Shown: positions 31,586 to 45,089, counted from the whole stretch's first letter. The stretch is DNA of 62,974 nt, filler included, from 10 parts of 10 records of this genome joined end to end with filler, not necessarily neighbours in it; one strand, 5' to 3'. The notes: generated by a model from the letters alone, not told the origin. Numbers and translations: made by a program.

Positions 31586-34500
31586 ATGCCGACGATGGCG
31601 ACGGCCGTGGCGGTTCTCTGGTGTTCTATGGTCGGTGGCACTTTGGGCGACCACCATCAGCCGCCGCCGCCGTCATGCCCGCACGCGTCGGAACCGGTGA
31701 AGATTCATCGAACCGGCACTGACACTGGCCACCTCTACACGGCGAACGCGAGCGAGTGCGAGGCCGCGTGCTGTGGCCGGACTGACTGTGTGGCGTGGAA
31801 CTGGGACAGCAATGAGACGGTGAATCAGGCGCCGGCAGCATGTCAGGCGAAGGGCAAGCCATACTCCTGTTGCTGGCTACGCAGCACAGTTGGGAAGCTG
31901 ATGCCGGGCCTCGGCTGCTACGGTACTCCAGACTGCGACTCGTGGAGCGGCACCGTCAATCGATCGCCCCCCACCTGCCCGAAGCCGTCACCGCCGGCAC
32001 AGGGCGAGCGATCGGGCTGCGACGCGGGTCAGGTCTACGCCACGAACGCTAGCGCCTGCCAGGCTGCGTGCTGCGGAAGCCCTTCGTGTGTGAGCTGGAA
32101 CTGGGACAGCAACCTGACCGCCCAGCTAGCACCAGCGGTGTGCCAAGCTCATGGCATGCCTTTCGCGTGCTGCTGGCTCAAGAGTTGCCCAGGCACTGTC
32201 GTCCCGGGTAGCTGCGCAGGCTCGCCGCACTGCAGTTCGTACCACGGCCTCTCCGGGCGGCTGCCGCCTCCGCCGCCGCCACCTCCGCCACCGCTCACCT
32301 GCCCGCCTGGCACGGAGTACATGGCGGGGTTCTCGTGCCTACCGCCCACTGCGAGTGGCAGCCCCCACGATGCCGGGCTGCCATTGGGCTACGACTGTTC
32401 GGTGCGGCAGCACATGTGGGAGTTTGCGAAAAAGACGCTGCCGAAACGTGGCACGTTCAAGACGGCCTACGACGCGCTGCAGCTCCACACCTGCAACGTG
32501 ACTGCGCCAGCGACCGAGGACGCATTTATGCCGCCGCACTTTCCAACGCCGCCGCCCATGAGCGCGCGGCTGATCTTCGTGGACGCCAGCGCCACTGCAC
32601 CGGCGGATGGATCCAAAGCGAAGCCCTTCTCGAATATAGCAGCTGCCGTCGACGCGGTGGCGGTGGTGGCGGCGGCAAAGACAACGACAATCGTACTGCG
32701 CGGTGGGCGGTACTACGTCCCGCCTGGGGGGATCGTCTTGTCGTCTCGTCACTCGGGCCTCACCATCCAAAATTGCGAAGGTGAGGATGCCATCGTGACC
32801 GGGGCGGCGCCCGTTCCCATCCGGAATAAGGCGGCGTGGGCGGTGCACAACGCGTCGACGAACACCTGGCGACTGGACCTGGCGAGCTGGAAGGACCTCC
32901 CGGCAGAGGCGTTCGGTATGCGTGTGGGCAGTCGCCGCGCCGTTCGCGCACGCTTCCCAGACGGAGACGTGAGTAACTTACGCTTCTGCGCTGCGACTGC
33001 GCCCCGCTTCGCCCTGCCACGGAGGAGGTGCTATCCTCTGTTGTGCCCACTTCCTCTGCTGAACCTGACACTGCGCTGAATCTGCTGCAGCCAGAGACCC
33101 TCGATCTCGGCTACTCACTGCAGTGGCTGCACACCTTCCCACGGATGCACGAGCCAGAGAACACTACCAAGATTTTCTTTTCGTACCCCTCCGACTGGCC
33201 TGGTGTTTTTTGGCTGGACGAGCCGGAGGGTGGCTTCCTCCCTGTCGCTGGGCAGAACGTGGGAGGCTCCGGCCGTTGGTATGACTCCTACGGGGGGCGC
33301 TGCTCCGGCAGGCAGGCACCGTTCGGGTTCTGGTGCAGTTGGGCCAACCCACGCAGCAACCTGCCGTCCGACCCACAAACGCCCTATGGTATGCCTGGTG
33401 GGTTCACCTTTGAGAACACGGACGGCAGCCGTGCTGTGGAGCCGGCACGCATTGGGCACTGGAAGAATGCGAGCGGTGCTGTCTATCACATCTCGTCTGG
33501 CTTCCTGTCAATCCAGTGCCTCGTCGATCGTGTCGAGAACGAGACTGTCCATTTCGATCATGAGGTCGGGTGCGATCAGGGTGGGCCACAGCCACCGACA
33601 GAAGGCTGGTACGTTGATAACGTCCAGGTGAGTGCCGCAGAGGTTACCAAGCTCATACCCGTCACAGATGCGGTCCGTTTCATTTGCGCCGTGCTGCTGT
33701 CCTGTCCTGCAGGAAGAATGCGATTCCCCTGGCGAGTACTTCTACTCTGCCCACGAGAAGGCGCTGTATTACACCTTCAACACCACCGACCGACCGAGCG
33801 GCGACGAAGACTTCTCACTAGTAACGACCAAAGTCATTTTCAACGTTAGTGGGAGTCAGCTTAAGCCCGTGCGCAACGTCACCATCAGAGGGCTGACGAT
33901 TCGAGATGCGGCCCTGACCTACCTGGGGCGCACGGAGGCCGACATTCATTACAACCCATCGGATAGTGACTGGGCCATTCAGCGCTCGGGTGCCGTGCTG
34001 CTCTCTGGTACCGAGGGTTTCACCTTCGAGCAGAACCACGTGACCCGCTGTGATGGCAACGGGCTCTTTTTGAGTGACTACAATCGGAACGTCGCCATCC
34101 TCGGGAATGAGTTCAGCTACACCGGTGACAACGCCATGAGCTCCTTTGGCTCCACCGGCCGTTGCTTGTACCAGAATTGCTCGGTGTCACTAGACTACAA
34201 CAGCGGCCTCGACGGACGGCCCGGGAACCAGCCGCGGTACACCCGTGTGGTTGGCAACCTGGTCCGCGAGCTTGGGCTGTGGCAGAAGCAGTCGGGCGCC
34301 TGGTCGCAGCACCTGACGGCAGCTACCCACCTGGAGTCGAACGTGTTCTTCAACGGACCACATGCCGCCGTTGACTTCAATGATGGATTCGGGGGAGGAG
34401 ATGTGGTGACAGGCAATCTGATGGTGTGCAACTCTTGCTCGTGCTGCCCTTCAGATTCTATCCCAATTCCCCGCACGTTGGCCATAAATCTGACATTGCC

Positions 34501-35251
34501 GCCGAAACTGCCGCAGTTTAACTGGAATCGACAGACTTTTGCGCACGGGGTTATCAACGCCTGGGAGCGCTTACCGTATATTTCTGACATCGGTATCGTG
34601 AGAAACTTCAGCAAGGCACCGTTCAACACCACCAGCGAGATGCCGAGCTTGGATTCTCTCCGAGAGGGATACTTTCCTGCCTATGACTTCGCACCAAAGG
34701 GGATTGGCTCGGTGGTTTCACCCTTCCGGCGCGTGACCAAGAATCTGCTGATGGCCAACTACAACAGCCTCGCAGCCGTGCTCCTGGACGATGCAGGGAG
34801 CCGCTTCCTGATGTACGACAACTACTTCGTCTACGGGCATTGGGGCGTGGGCGAGAGCTGCCATGAGAGCCAATGGGTCTACGGTGTGGGGAATCTCTAC
34901 GCGTACACAACGAGCGAGCGATGCGTTTTCGGGCTGTCGGCATCCAACTGTGGGACGATGATCTCCTCCGAAGGCCCCAGCCCCACCGGAATCCGGACGT
35001 TCTTTTACAACAACACCATGCTCAACCTCGCGGACACCGACTGGTGCCGCAACAGCGAGCACACCCACCTTAATCTTACGCAATTCTGGAACAACAGCGT
35101 GCACAGCCCGGGTGGTGTCCACGCTGGCCCAACGTGCCGTGGTGGCGGGAACACCATGGAAAAGCCGATGCCAGTCGCCGACACTTCGACTATGGCAACA
35201 ACCATATTGGCGCCATTCCCCAAGAGCGGCTTGGCACATTGGAGTGTGTGA
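31586..35251 (+). CDS. Secreted right-handed beta-helix protein (GH141-like architecture) with two N-terminal PAN/Apple-like repeats
   Basis: Signal peptide and two C.AACC....CV.WNWDSN...CCWL(R/K)S repeats, then a poly-Pro linker. Core motifs are DGSKAKPF...IVLRGGRYY, RARFPDGD, WYVDNV|EECDSPGEYFY, VRNVTIRGLTIRDAA.TY and DWAIQRSGAV. Confidence 0.8.
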
Positions 35252-36460
35252 CGTAGTGATGACCTGAGTGCAGCGCAGTAAATGCTGAAGACGGACAATA
35301 GTCACGTGATGGCACACCCAAATAGCCGTGCTCAGAGCCTGTAATCATAGGTACGGCTGTACATATAAGGTTATGGAGTAGTCTTGGGTTCTTGTAGTCG
35401 AGTTACTGAGATTAGATACATTAGTTACTAACCTTTTACACAAATGGTATTTCGACATTCTTTTTATCAAATATAGTATTACTATTCGAATAACTATGTT
35501 ACCACTAGTACAGTATAATTATCCAATATAGTAATGCTAACTACAGCTGTATGTTATACATACTGTAGCTTTTAACCTGGTGTGGTCTTAAACCGTCACA
35601 CTAGGGTGACCCATCCCCACTAAACCGCTGTGGAGGGGTCGAGGGTTTGAGCTGCCCGTCGGCACCAGCCACGCCCCTGCCTGCGCGCGGCAGATCCTGC
35701 ATGAGTACAGTGTATAATACAGCTGTAGAGCATGCATACAGGCATTACTGACCCTTTGCAGAGTGGCTCAGCACTTTGGGTAAACCCAAGCTGCATGCTA
35801 CGTGTCGATATGAGTCTAGGCCCCGAGAATAGATGCGCCGGCCAAAGGCGCGCCCAGGTGCGTTTGTGTCGTTGGCGTTTGTGTCCTAGACAGCAAGCTA
35901 GTATCGAGTCCATTGCACAAGGCTCGGCGGGTATGAATAAACTCCACATCTTATCACTGCTTGCACGGCTTTGGTCGCTGCCTTGTTATTCTTTTTTTTG
36001 TTTTTCTTGTGGTTGTCGCTGCCGCATTGTGCAGGCGGGGGCGGTGGACTAGCGAAGCTTTTTGGGCGCGCGGCGGTGTTTCGTGCGTTCTACATAGCGC
36101 ACGGCTGTGTCTCGCTCAACGTTTCGCGGTTCGAAATCGAAAGATTTATCCGTTGGTCGTCGAGACAAAAGAAAGAATAACTATGTGTTTGAACGACATA
36201 AGCGGTGGGGTGGCCGTTTGGAGCGTAAACGATCGTTTGAAATGCACATAGAAAAATTGATCCAAATAGATCCAAAACTCGCCCTTGCGATAGGCCGATC
36301 GTTGCCAGAGCTACTGGTATCCTGGCCTGTTGGGATCTCCCATGGCGCTGTCAATTGATCGTTTTATTCGAGGAATGAGTGCGACATTGCCCTACAATTC
36401 TGACGGATGGCCTGCATTCGGCCACATCTTGCAGCATACTGTAATCTACCGAAGGATACC

Positions 36461-38356
36461 CTACGCGAACCACGGCTTTGGATATGCACCCAGCGCTCGC
36501 TTGGCAGCAGCAGTGATTGTTGCATCTTCAGCTACCGGAGCGAATGAGATGCCACTACCGTTACCAGGGCATCCTTTCAGGCGAGATGCTCCCTCCTCTG
36601 CACTGTAGTTGGCGTGTATCGTAACGTCTTCCATCGCCGCAGCACCTGCTCTCCAGCAGAGGCCCCCGTCACCTAGCATGTAGAAAGACGAGTTGTAGAC
36701 ATAGCAGTTCGTAGCAGGGCTGCTCGTCCCGACCTCCCACCCCCACAGTATTGTCTCGCCGTAAGCGTGGACGTTGCCGACGTAGTAGTTCCAGTTCGCG
36801 TTCATGGCAAAATCCGTCGCCGCTGTACTATAGACGAAATAATTGTTGTAGAGCAGGTACCTCGACGAGCCGTCGTCCGTCTCGAGGTTACTGTTGACAT
36901 TATAATTGCCGACCAAGAAGTTTGACTCCAGCCGCCGGTACTGGCCAACCGCCGAGCCATTGCTGGCCGGTCCGGATCCAGGTTGACGCTTGAAGCCAGG
37001 TGTAGCGCCAGCCTGTAGTTCAGTGGCGCTAGGCTTGAGATTAGCACTAGGATCCTCGAGGTAGCCAATATCCGAGAAGTACGGGCCCCGTTCCCAGCCG
37101 TTTAAGGTTCCATGATCGACCGTTTCCCTCACTTGGTTGAAAATTAAATTTCCTGCAAACACGCCACACAAGCCAGCCACTGGTTAGGCACCAATATCTA
37201 GAACTATCCGCCTGACTCGCAATACGGGTATCGATAAAGCTAGTCTTGTCAAAACCACCCAGAGTCATGTAGCGAGAAAGCACTGCGTCTGGATCAACGC
37301 ACCTACGACATGATCACCTCCAGCGAAGGCATCGTTGAAATTAATGCTATGAATAGTCACCACCACGCACACCATCGATAGCGAGATCACTTGAAGATGC
37401 CAAGCGTAGAGACGTATCAAGATGCAAAAACAGCACGTGGCGTGAAAGTGACTTACGCAGCGCGTGGGCCGTTGAAGATTACATTCGACTGTAATGTAGT
37501 GCTCGCACTCAAGGCTTCAAAGAACGCTGAGCTCTGCTTTTGCCAAATTCCGAACTCCCTTATGAGGTTTCCTCCGATGTAGGTGTGGCGTGGTTGCTCG
37601 CCACCGCGACCGTCCGGGCCGACTTTGGCAGGAAGCTTCACAGAACAGTCGGCGTAGAGACATTCTGAAGTCCAACCAAATGCTGCGATGACGGAATCCC
37701 CGACTGTGGCAGCCCAGCAAAGTCAGAGGCGGGGTACGCAGTGACACACTCGGAATATTCTTGTGAGGCAGGAACGTGCCAGAAGCGCAAGGCAGCAGCA
37801 CGAGCCACTCACTCCAGTTGAAGTCATTCGCACTAATGTTCACATCGCGCGTGTATCCACCGATAAAGACTCCATTGCCATCGCAGCGTGTCATCTGATT
37901 CTTATGAAACGTCACCCCTTCTGCCCCTTCAATATGCACCGCACCTGAACGTTGCAGTGCCCAATCTCCCTCGCTTGGCAGCCAGTGCCGGTCCGCGTCA
38001 GTAGTGCCCAGGTAAGTATATGCGGCGTCACGCAGAGTCAAGCCTTGAATCTTTACGTTTTTGACGGGCGCCTCCATTGTGCCGCTGATGTTGAACAAAA
38101 CTTTGGTCCTGGTGAGCGAAAAGTTCTCGTTGCCTGTCGGACGCTCTGTGCCATTGAAGGTGTAATACAACGCATGTTCCTCAGCATCGAAGTAATACTC
38201 GGTCGGCGCGTCGCACTCCTCTTTGACGTTCTCAATGTACCAGTCCCACGCCTTACCAGGAGCGGTTGGGGTAGGGCCACCTTGGTCGCAGCCAACTGCT
38301 GGGTCAAAGAACAACGCTGTGTCGTTGGCACCAGTGACTAGGCACATGTACGAAAA
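36461..38356 (-). CDS. Paralogous beta-helix protein, 5'-partial, multi-exon
   Basis: GCDQGGP, WYIENVKEECDAP.EYYF, VKNVKIQGLTLRDAAYTYLG, DWALQRSGAV, GNLIREFGIWQKQS and TDDGSSRYLLYNNYFVY align block-for-block with the gene at 31586-35251. Confidence 0.85.
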
Positions 38357-38456
38357 NNNNNNNNNNNNNNNNNNNNNNNNNNNNNNNNNNNNNNNNNNNN
38401 TTAATTAATTAANNNNNNNNNNNNNNNNNNNNNNNNNNNNNNNNNNNNNNNNNNNN
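38357..38456. other. Artificial contig linker
   Basis: N44-TTAATTAATTAA-N44. Confidence 0.99.
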
Positions 38457-38484
38457 ACCGGGCATAAGGCGCCTTATGCCCGGT
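38457..38484. repeat. Palindromic element copy 3 (ACCGGGCATAAGGC-GCCTTATGCCCGGT)
   Basis: Perfect 28-bp palindrome at the first base of the contig, with 2 extra central bases relative to copies 1 and 2. Confidence 0.92.
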
Positions 38485-39105
38485 GTGAATTGTGTATTCT
38501 TTTCAAGCGCTGCCGTCAGGGCTTGAGTGACGAGACCCCTTCCCTCTTCATCGAAACCCCATTGAGATCCAACCAAGGATATATCTAAAAGGCTGCTTGT
38601 GATTGAGCGAAGCCGTAGCAAGATCAAATGTACGTTCGTGGAGACATGCTTTAAAAAGCATCTGCTCGATGCAGTCATGGCTCATGGAACCCGCACGCGT
38701 GCCCATGTGTAGAGTTGTAAACTGCTGGCTCTGAGTACAGTGTACGAGTACAGTAAATTCATGAATCGTGCGAAGGATTGCTTTGCCTCGGGCTCTCGCT
38801 CACAGCAGCGTACTCGAGTACTGGGTAGATCATTGGTTAGTCTGTCAAGTGCATCCTGAGTTTGTTTTTTCAATGAACCCACAACCCAGCCGTATTTTGT
38901 AAATTCACATGAATTTTAAGGACGATCCGTTGGTACTCATGAGAGAATCATTAGCCAGTTCCATACCGCTACCAGCAAGATCGCGAGCGCGCCCCCGCGC
39001 GCTCGCTCGCGGACGCGGCGCGCGCGTTACACGCGACTACGTACGGACTAGGCGGCGGTCGCACGGACACGCACGCGACACCGACGTGCAGCGTCAAAGA
39101 TTGGG

Positions 39106-42100
39106 ATGAGTCGCACTTCAAAACACTCCCTAGTGTTTCTGTTTCTATTGATGACGCATATTGCCACCGCACAAGCACCCTTGCCTGGTCCTACCGATCT
39201 TTCTTCGGATTCTCCCTTGTGCGGTGATTCATTGTGCTGGACAGCGTCATCTGACGACGCTGACGGTGCCACGAGCGATGGACATGGGACGATACAGGTG
39301 TCCGCGCTTGTGCCTGGGGAGATTCACGACGATCTAATGCGAAGCGAGGTCATCAAGGACATCTGGCATGGCAACGGCAGCACCCTTGCCGACGCATCCT
39401 GGGTCGGCTGGCGCACCTGGCGATTCTCCCGCGAATTCGACAGCCCTGCACAAGGTCCAAGTTACTGGCGCCGCTGGCTTCGGTTCGAGGGCGTCCAGTA
39501 CAACTGCACTGTCCAGCTAAACTCTGTTACTCTTGGGAACCACATTGGTCAGTTTGAACCGTTTGAGTACGATGTTACCCAGCTGCTGCATCCCGCTGGC
39601 TCGGGTCAGGCCAACCGGCTGGTGGTCATCACTCACCCCCTGTTGGACAACGTTACAGAGTTCGAACGGCAGGTTTGGACCAAGACGTCGGATCGGCGAG
39701 ATTACACTGGACAGGTCTCGTGCTGGCTAAATCGTCACGCCCCAAAGTGGATGGGACGGACCATCTATGGCTGGGACTTTGTTCCAGCAGTTTACAGTGC
39801 TGGGATCGCCAATCACGTGTCGTTGCACACAACTGCTGCTTTGGTGGTAGATAGCATAGGACCCGCCACACTACAAGAAGCATTACCGGCAGTACTGCGA
39901 GTGCAAGCGTTGAGCATTCTTCCACGGCTGTCTCCGCCCTACTCTTCCGCCCGGCTCGAGTTGGGCCTGGATGTTTATCTATATGGTAGTGCGTGGCCTG
40001 CACGCACATCCCTCGCCGTTAGTTTTCGGGTTTGCGCTCCCACTGGTGCAGTATCGCCTCCAGTCATGACCACTGTGTTTAACGTCTCAGCTACGACAGG
40101 GCATCCGCACCTCTTGCGTACAAATCTCACAATTGTGAAGCCTGCACTATGGTTTCCAAATGGTTACGGTGCTCAGCCGATCTACAATGCAACTGCAGTA
40201 GTCTCGGGTGCCGTGGGTGGCTCGAAACTCATCCAGCTTGACAGAATCTCAGAAACATTTGGTATTCGCGAACTAACCATCGGCAATAATCCTCATATTG
40301 CTACTGGATGGTCGTACACGCAGTACGGGCCTGAGCACACGGAAAGACTGCCGTGGGGGTGGGGGTCCTGGCAAGCGGCAGTGGCCCCACCAATCGCACC
40401 CAATGCAACCAGATGGCAGATTCGCATAAATGGGCTGCCTGTATTCGCGCGCGGTGGGAACTGGATTCCACGAGATCAACTGTTTGGGCGTGGCATCCGT
40501 AATCGCAGCCGTACCACCAAAATTCTGCTGGCTGCCAAGCACGCAGGCATCACATGGATGCGAATCTGGGGTGGAGGCTTGATCGAGGACCAGCACTTCT
40601 ATCGAGAGTGCGACCGGCTTGGCCTGATGCTTTTGCAGGAATTCCCTCACGCTGGCTGCGCGCCTGGCGGCCCCGGTGACTCGTTTCCTGACTATGCAAC
40701 ACGCCTTTCACTGGACGACACCCAGACGAGGATGGCGTTGAAACAGCTGGTGAATCACCCGTCCATCATCCGGTACAATTATGCGAACGAGTTCTATCTC
40801 AACTCCTCAGTGTCACCGTTCATTGCCCAATTTCTGTCTACTGTCCGATCAATCGACGATTCACGCCCTGTGCACGAAGCCAATCCAACTTGTGTAGCAA
40901 TACGGCATGGGCCGTATACATTCAGTGAGATAAACTATGCAACATATGGGTTGGAATGTGGAAACGGAACGGCAGTGGAGCCTTGGATGGCAGGCGGCGT
41001 GGCGGGCTGTGCTGGACAGGGCGAAAACGGCGGCAATCCATTCGAATGGGATGAGTTCGGCGCGACAGGTCTGTCTGACGTCGACACGCTGCGAGCAGTC
41101 ATTCCAGCAGCTGAGCTTGGATCTGGATGGCAGACCGGTGCGACGCCATCATGGGCATTTCATCGACTCGTGGAGTGGTAAGCTTCAATACGAGTAATTA
41201 TCATAAATTGAATGCAGCTGGACGTGACTAATACTCAATGGCATCACTGTGACGTGCATTGACATTAGGGGCAACGTAGGTGGCTATCGACCAGTGTTCT
41301 CGACGCACGGAGTGGCTGCGTCGACGCTGCAGGAGGAAGTTCGGTGGTCACAATTTATGCAGGTGTGGTCTTACCGCGTCCACTGCACAGGAACCATTTG
41401 TCTTGAGCACGTTCGATGACTATGTCGTCTCTGTCCAATGGTTGTCACTCTGTGTTTCGCAGGCTGAGGGCCTTCGGTTCTCGTTTCAGGCCCACCGTCG
41501 TGCGAAGCCACACCGATCAGCTGCAAATTCCTGGACATTCAACGTAAGTCTTGGATTCTCTACAACACTTGTCTTCGTTAGACCACGTTTTTGGGATAAC
41601 AAGGACTTCGTGAAGAAGTCCTTCGTGAAGAAGTGCTGCTGCTTTCCCTGTGTCTTGTTCCAGGAACCTTGGCCAAATGCTGCGCACGGGTCGGTCTTGA
41701 CATATAGTGGTGTCCCAAAGATGGCCTACTACTACACACGTGCAGCGATGGCGATGGTTGACATCTCCATGCTGTACCATGGACTGACCGTCAAGTCTGG
41801 CGTTCCAATTGCGAACAGCAGTGTGTCAGTTTGGATGGATAGCGAGCTCGCAGTGCGTCCGAATTCAATTATTTTGGTGTCCTTTTGCAACTTTAACCGC
41901 TCTTATATCGTGTTACATGTACAGGTCCCCCTTTCTGACTGCGAGGTGACACTGGAGTACATCGACTCGTCAGCAGAAGGTGAGCGTGCACTGCTGAGTG
42001 TAGAGCGATACAAGTCACAGCAGCCATTGCCACCAGGGGCTGGGCGAAGGATTCCGTTCAACTCAGGTATAGGCGAGTTCGTGCCACCCGATGCCATGGC

Positions 42101-42896
42101 TGGCCGATCAGTGCTACTGGTGCGGGCGTCTGTGCGGTGCGCAAAGCCTAGTGCGCACGCAACAAATGTCTACGCGTTCGGAGTTGTCAGCATGACAGAT
42201 CAACATGAACTCAGCACTGATCATGGCGCTGAAGCTGCGGATTCTTCGGCGTTCCCAATGCCTGCGACAGCTTCGTACCGAAAGATTGTAGGATTGATTC
42301 CGGTGGATCGCACCAACTACACCGATTTCTTACAGGGACATGCGGTATGTGAGGCGACTTGCACCAACAGAAGTGCCTGTGTGGGCTTCACTGCCGATCA
42401 GACCCCAAGTAATTGCTGGCTATACGACTCGGTCACGGCTCTGGTACCATCGGCACCGGACGCGTTCTATCTCAAGCCAGGGGTGCCAGAGCCCACGCAC
42501 GTGCCCGTACCTCCTCCGCCAGTGCCTCCACTCTTAGCACTAGCCAATGCATCTACGACGAGTCTGCAGGTGCAGGTGCTTGCTACGGAACTGCCAAACT
42601 TTGCCCTCCAACACAGCAACTTATCTCAGTCGTCGATCGAAAGGGAAACGATCGCCTTTACGCTGACCAACCTCGGGGAACGCGTTGCACTGTTTGTAAG
42701 ACTTGCAATGCGCGAGACACTGGCTGGGCCAGAGGTTCCGTTTGCTGTCTTCAGCAACAACTTCGTGTGTTTGCTGCCCGGGGAGTCTTACAACGTGACG
42801 GGAATATTTCTTGTTGCCAACGATGAAAGACAGAGGCAGAATGCAGCGATGGTGTGTGCAGAGGCATGGAATGCAGTTGAAGTCTGCGTCAGCTAG
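39106..42896 (+). CDS. GH2 beta-mannosidase-like enzyme, secreted, with inserted PAN/Apple module, multi-exon
   Basis: Motifs VPGEIHDDL, LRFEGV, YGWDF, LWFPNGYGAQPIY, INGLPVFARGGNWIP, MRIWGGG..E..FY..CD.LG, NHPSI...ANE (acid/base), DEFG (nucleophile), FN|EPWP and SNNFVCLLPGES. Confidence 0.92.
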
Positions 42897-43276
42897 AAGT
42901 GTTCGCCCTGTGCGAAACCCGGGGCGCATCACGTAGGAGCTTCCCAGTGTTAAGCCAGCCCTAAAGTGTGTCGTGCGGCTTGGCCAAATTCCATTGTGCC
43001 TGAAAACCCTTGAATCAGAAGTTCCGGTGCATTGTTGGAAAGCCGCAACTTTGCCGATTGCTCAGCGCAGCTCGGAGATACCGCGGCGCTGTTTGGCGAT
43101 GTGATCGAGCTCTGTCGTGCGTCTAGTGCGACGCCTGGCGGCGGGCATTAGCTAGCACCAGCCTGGCGCCCATGTCTGACGCGAATTCGTAGTGGTACGC
43201 AGACTCACTCAAAATCAATACAATAAATTTGCGCCACAATGACGGTGCCAGGCGGCACCTACATGCTAGACCCCAG

Positions 43277-44850
43277 TCAAGCGCAAGTGCCAACGCTGTT
43301 GTTGTTGGTACAGCCGTCGAACGGTGGTACCACTCCTTGGTGCACAAACGAGCGCTTCTGCACATTCTTGCAGCCCCACTTTGATGAGACAGTGATTTTG
43401 CCAAACGTCACGTTCTTGAACGCGAGCTGCTCGAAGCACGACTCTGGCAACCCCACTATTGAGCCTGGTGTCCCGGCAGATACCACATGGATATCCTCAA
43501 AAGTCACATTCTGAACGTACGGAGTGCCGTGGCGGCTGGGTGGCGTGCCTGAATAAGTGAGACCCAGCGCGAAAGCACCCCCTGAATTGCGTGGATACAT
43601 CCACGGTGTGGAGCCCACTGAGCCGATCTTGATTCGCCGCACCGTGATGTTGACAATCGACCCAGGAAAAAACTCGCTGCGACAATCAAGTTCAAGTCGC
43701 CATGAGTTCTGAACAATCAAGAGGGCCGCCTGAACAATCAAGAGAACTCACTGCGATTTGAACTTGATTGCCCACGGCACTGGTGATGTTGGATCATCAG
43801 GCGATCCGATTTCTGAGTCTTCGAACAGCACGTCGTAAATGCCTCCAAACGTAGAGGAGCCGATACACCAGTTCCGACTCCGAATGAGTAGCCGACGCAT
43901 CGTTAGATTGCGGGTTGGCATCATTATTGACTCGCCAGCAGCGTTGGTGATGTTGTCACTCTTGACCGAGATGCCGTCATCACCAACTTCAACGAAACTG
44001 TCCGTGATCAGTGTGTTGACACAGCTATCGGGGTCGATGCCGTCGGTGTTGCCCACGGACCGGGGCGAGAGCACTGTCATATTCTGAACGACCAGATCGC
44101 GCGAGTACTGCAAGTGTATCGTCCAGTGTGGGCTATTTTGTGCAGTAAAGCCTTGCAGAAGCACCCCACTGCAGTTGTAAAAGTCTACCAAGCGGGGACG
44201 TCCCTGGCCACGGGGCTCGGGTAGCAGAGCAGTGGGCAGCGTACGGTTCTCCGGGTTCATCACGTCACACCACAGTCTGCTTAGCCCGTCTCGCATCAGT
44301 GGAATGCACCCAGCCTGGCACCACCACTTCCAGCCCACGCCGTCTACGATCGATGTACCAGCTGCTCCACGAGACGATCGCCCAATGAAAGTATTTGAGC
44401 CCGTGACGCTCACATTTGTCAGGTTGGCCCCACGGATTAGTGCGTTGAAGTTGAATCGAAGATGTCCACCGAACCATTGCCGCGACACGGTGTAATCCTG
44501 CGGGTCGGTGGAGCCGTAGAGCCCAGCCCCCTCAGCAAGATGAAGCCGCATGTTCGACCGCAGCTCGATGCTTGCAGTGCGGAAGCTACCCCTTGCACCA
44601 CCACCGTCGATCCCCCTGGGTGCCGTGCGCTGCACGTGTCAATGGCGGTCTGGATCGCGAGGGTGCACAACGTGGAGTTGTCCCCTACTGCACCGTGCTC
44701 TGTGATTGAGCAGACCGGACCCGTCACGGCTGGGCTGAGTCCTGTGGTGATGCTGGCTGTTGTCGGACTGGCGGCACTGCCTCCTGCCATCGCACTGGTT
44801 GTAATCGCGATCGCACCCACACCGAGCAGCAGGACGCAGCCCGCGGCCAT
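43277..44850 (-). CDS. GH28 polygalacturonase-like enzyme, secreted; apparent 1-nt frameshift near 44590
   Basis: Motifs GAVGDNST..T.AIQ.AID.C, SIELRSN..LHL..GA.L.GS, IVDGVG..WW, RPRLV.F, NSPHWTIH, NTDGIDPDS and GDDGISVKS. One intron follows IKFKS. Confidence 0.88.
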
Positions 44851-45089
44851 GCCTCTGAGCAGGTCACCGGAGCTTCCAGGGGTTGTACGGGAGCCAGCAG
44901 CCCCGCCAGCGCAGAACCTCCCCACCCGTCCGCGCCTCCTACGATACTGCATGCATGCGTATATGCGCGCCTGCCCGCGCGCGCGGGCTCTTTACCGCGC
45001 GCGTGCATGCCTGTCGCGCACGCGGAGATGCAGCACTGGATTTGTCAACGAATTCCGTCTGAAATTGCATGAAATGAATCGAGTCGCTG

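Noticed and set aside
35300-36460. AT-rich spacer with short ORFs between the beta-helix paralogs
   Set aside because: No recognisable protein motif, terminal repeats or RNA structure.
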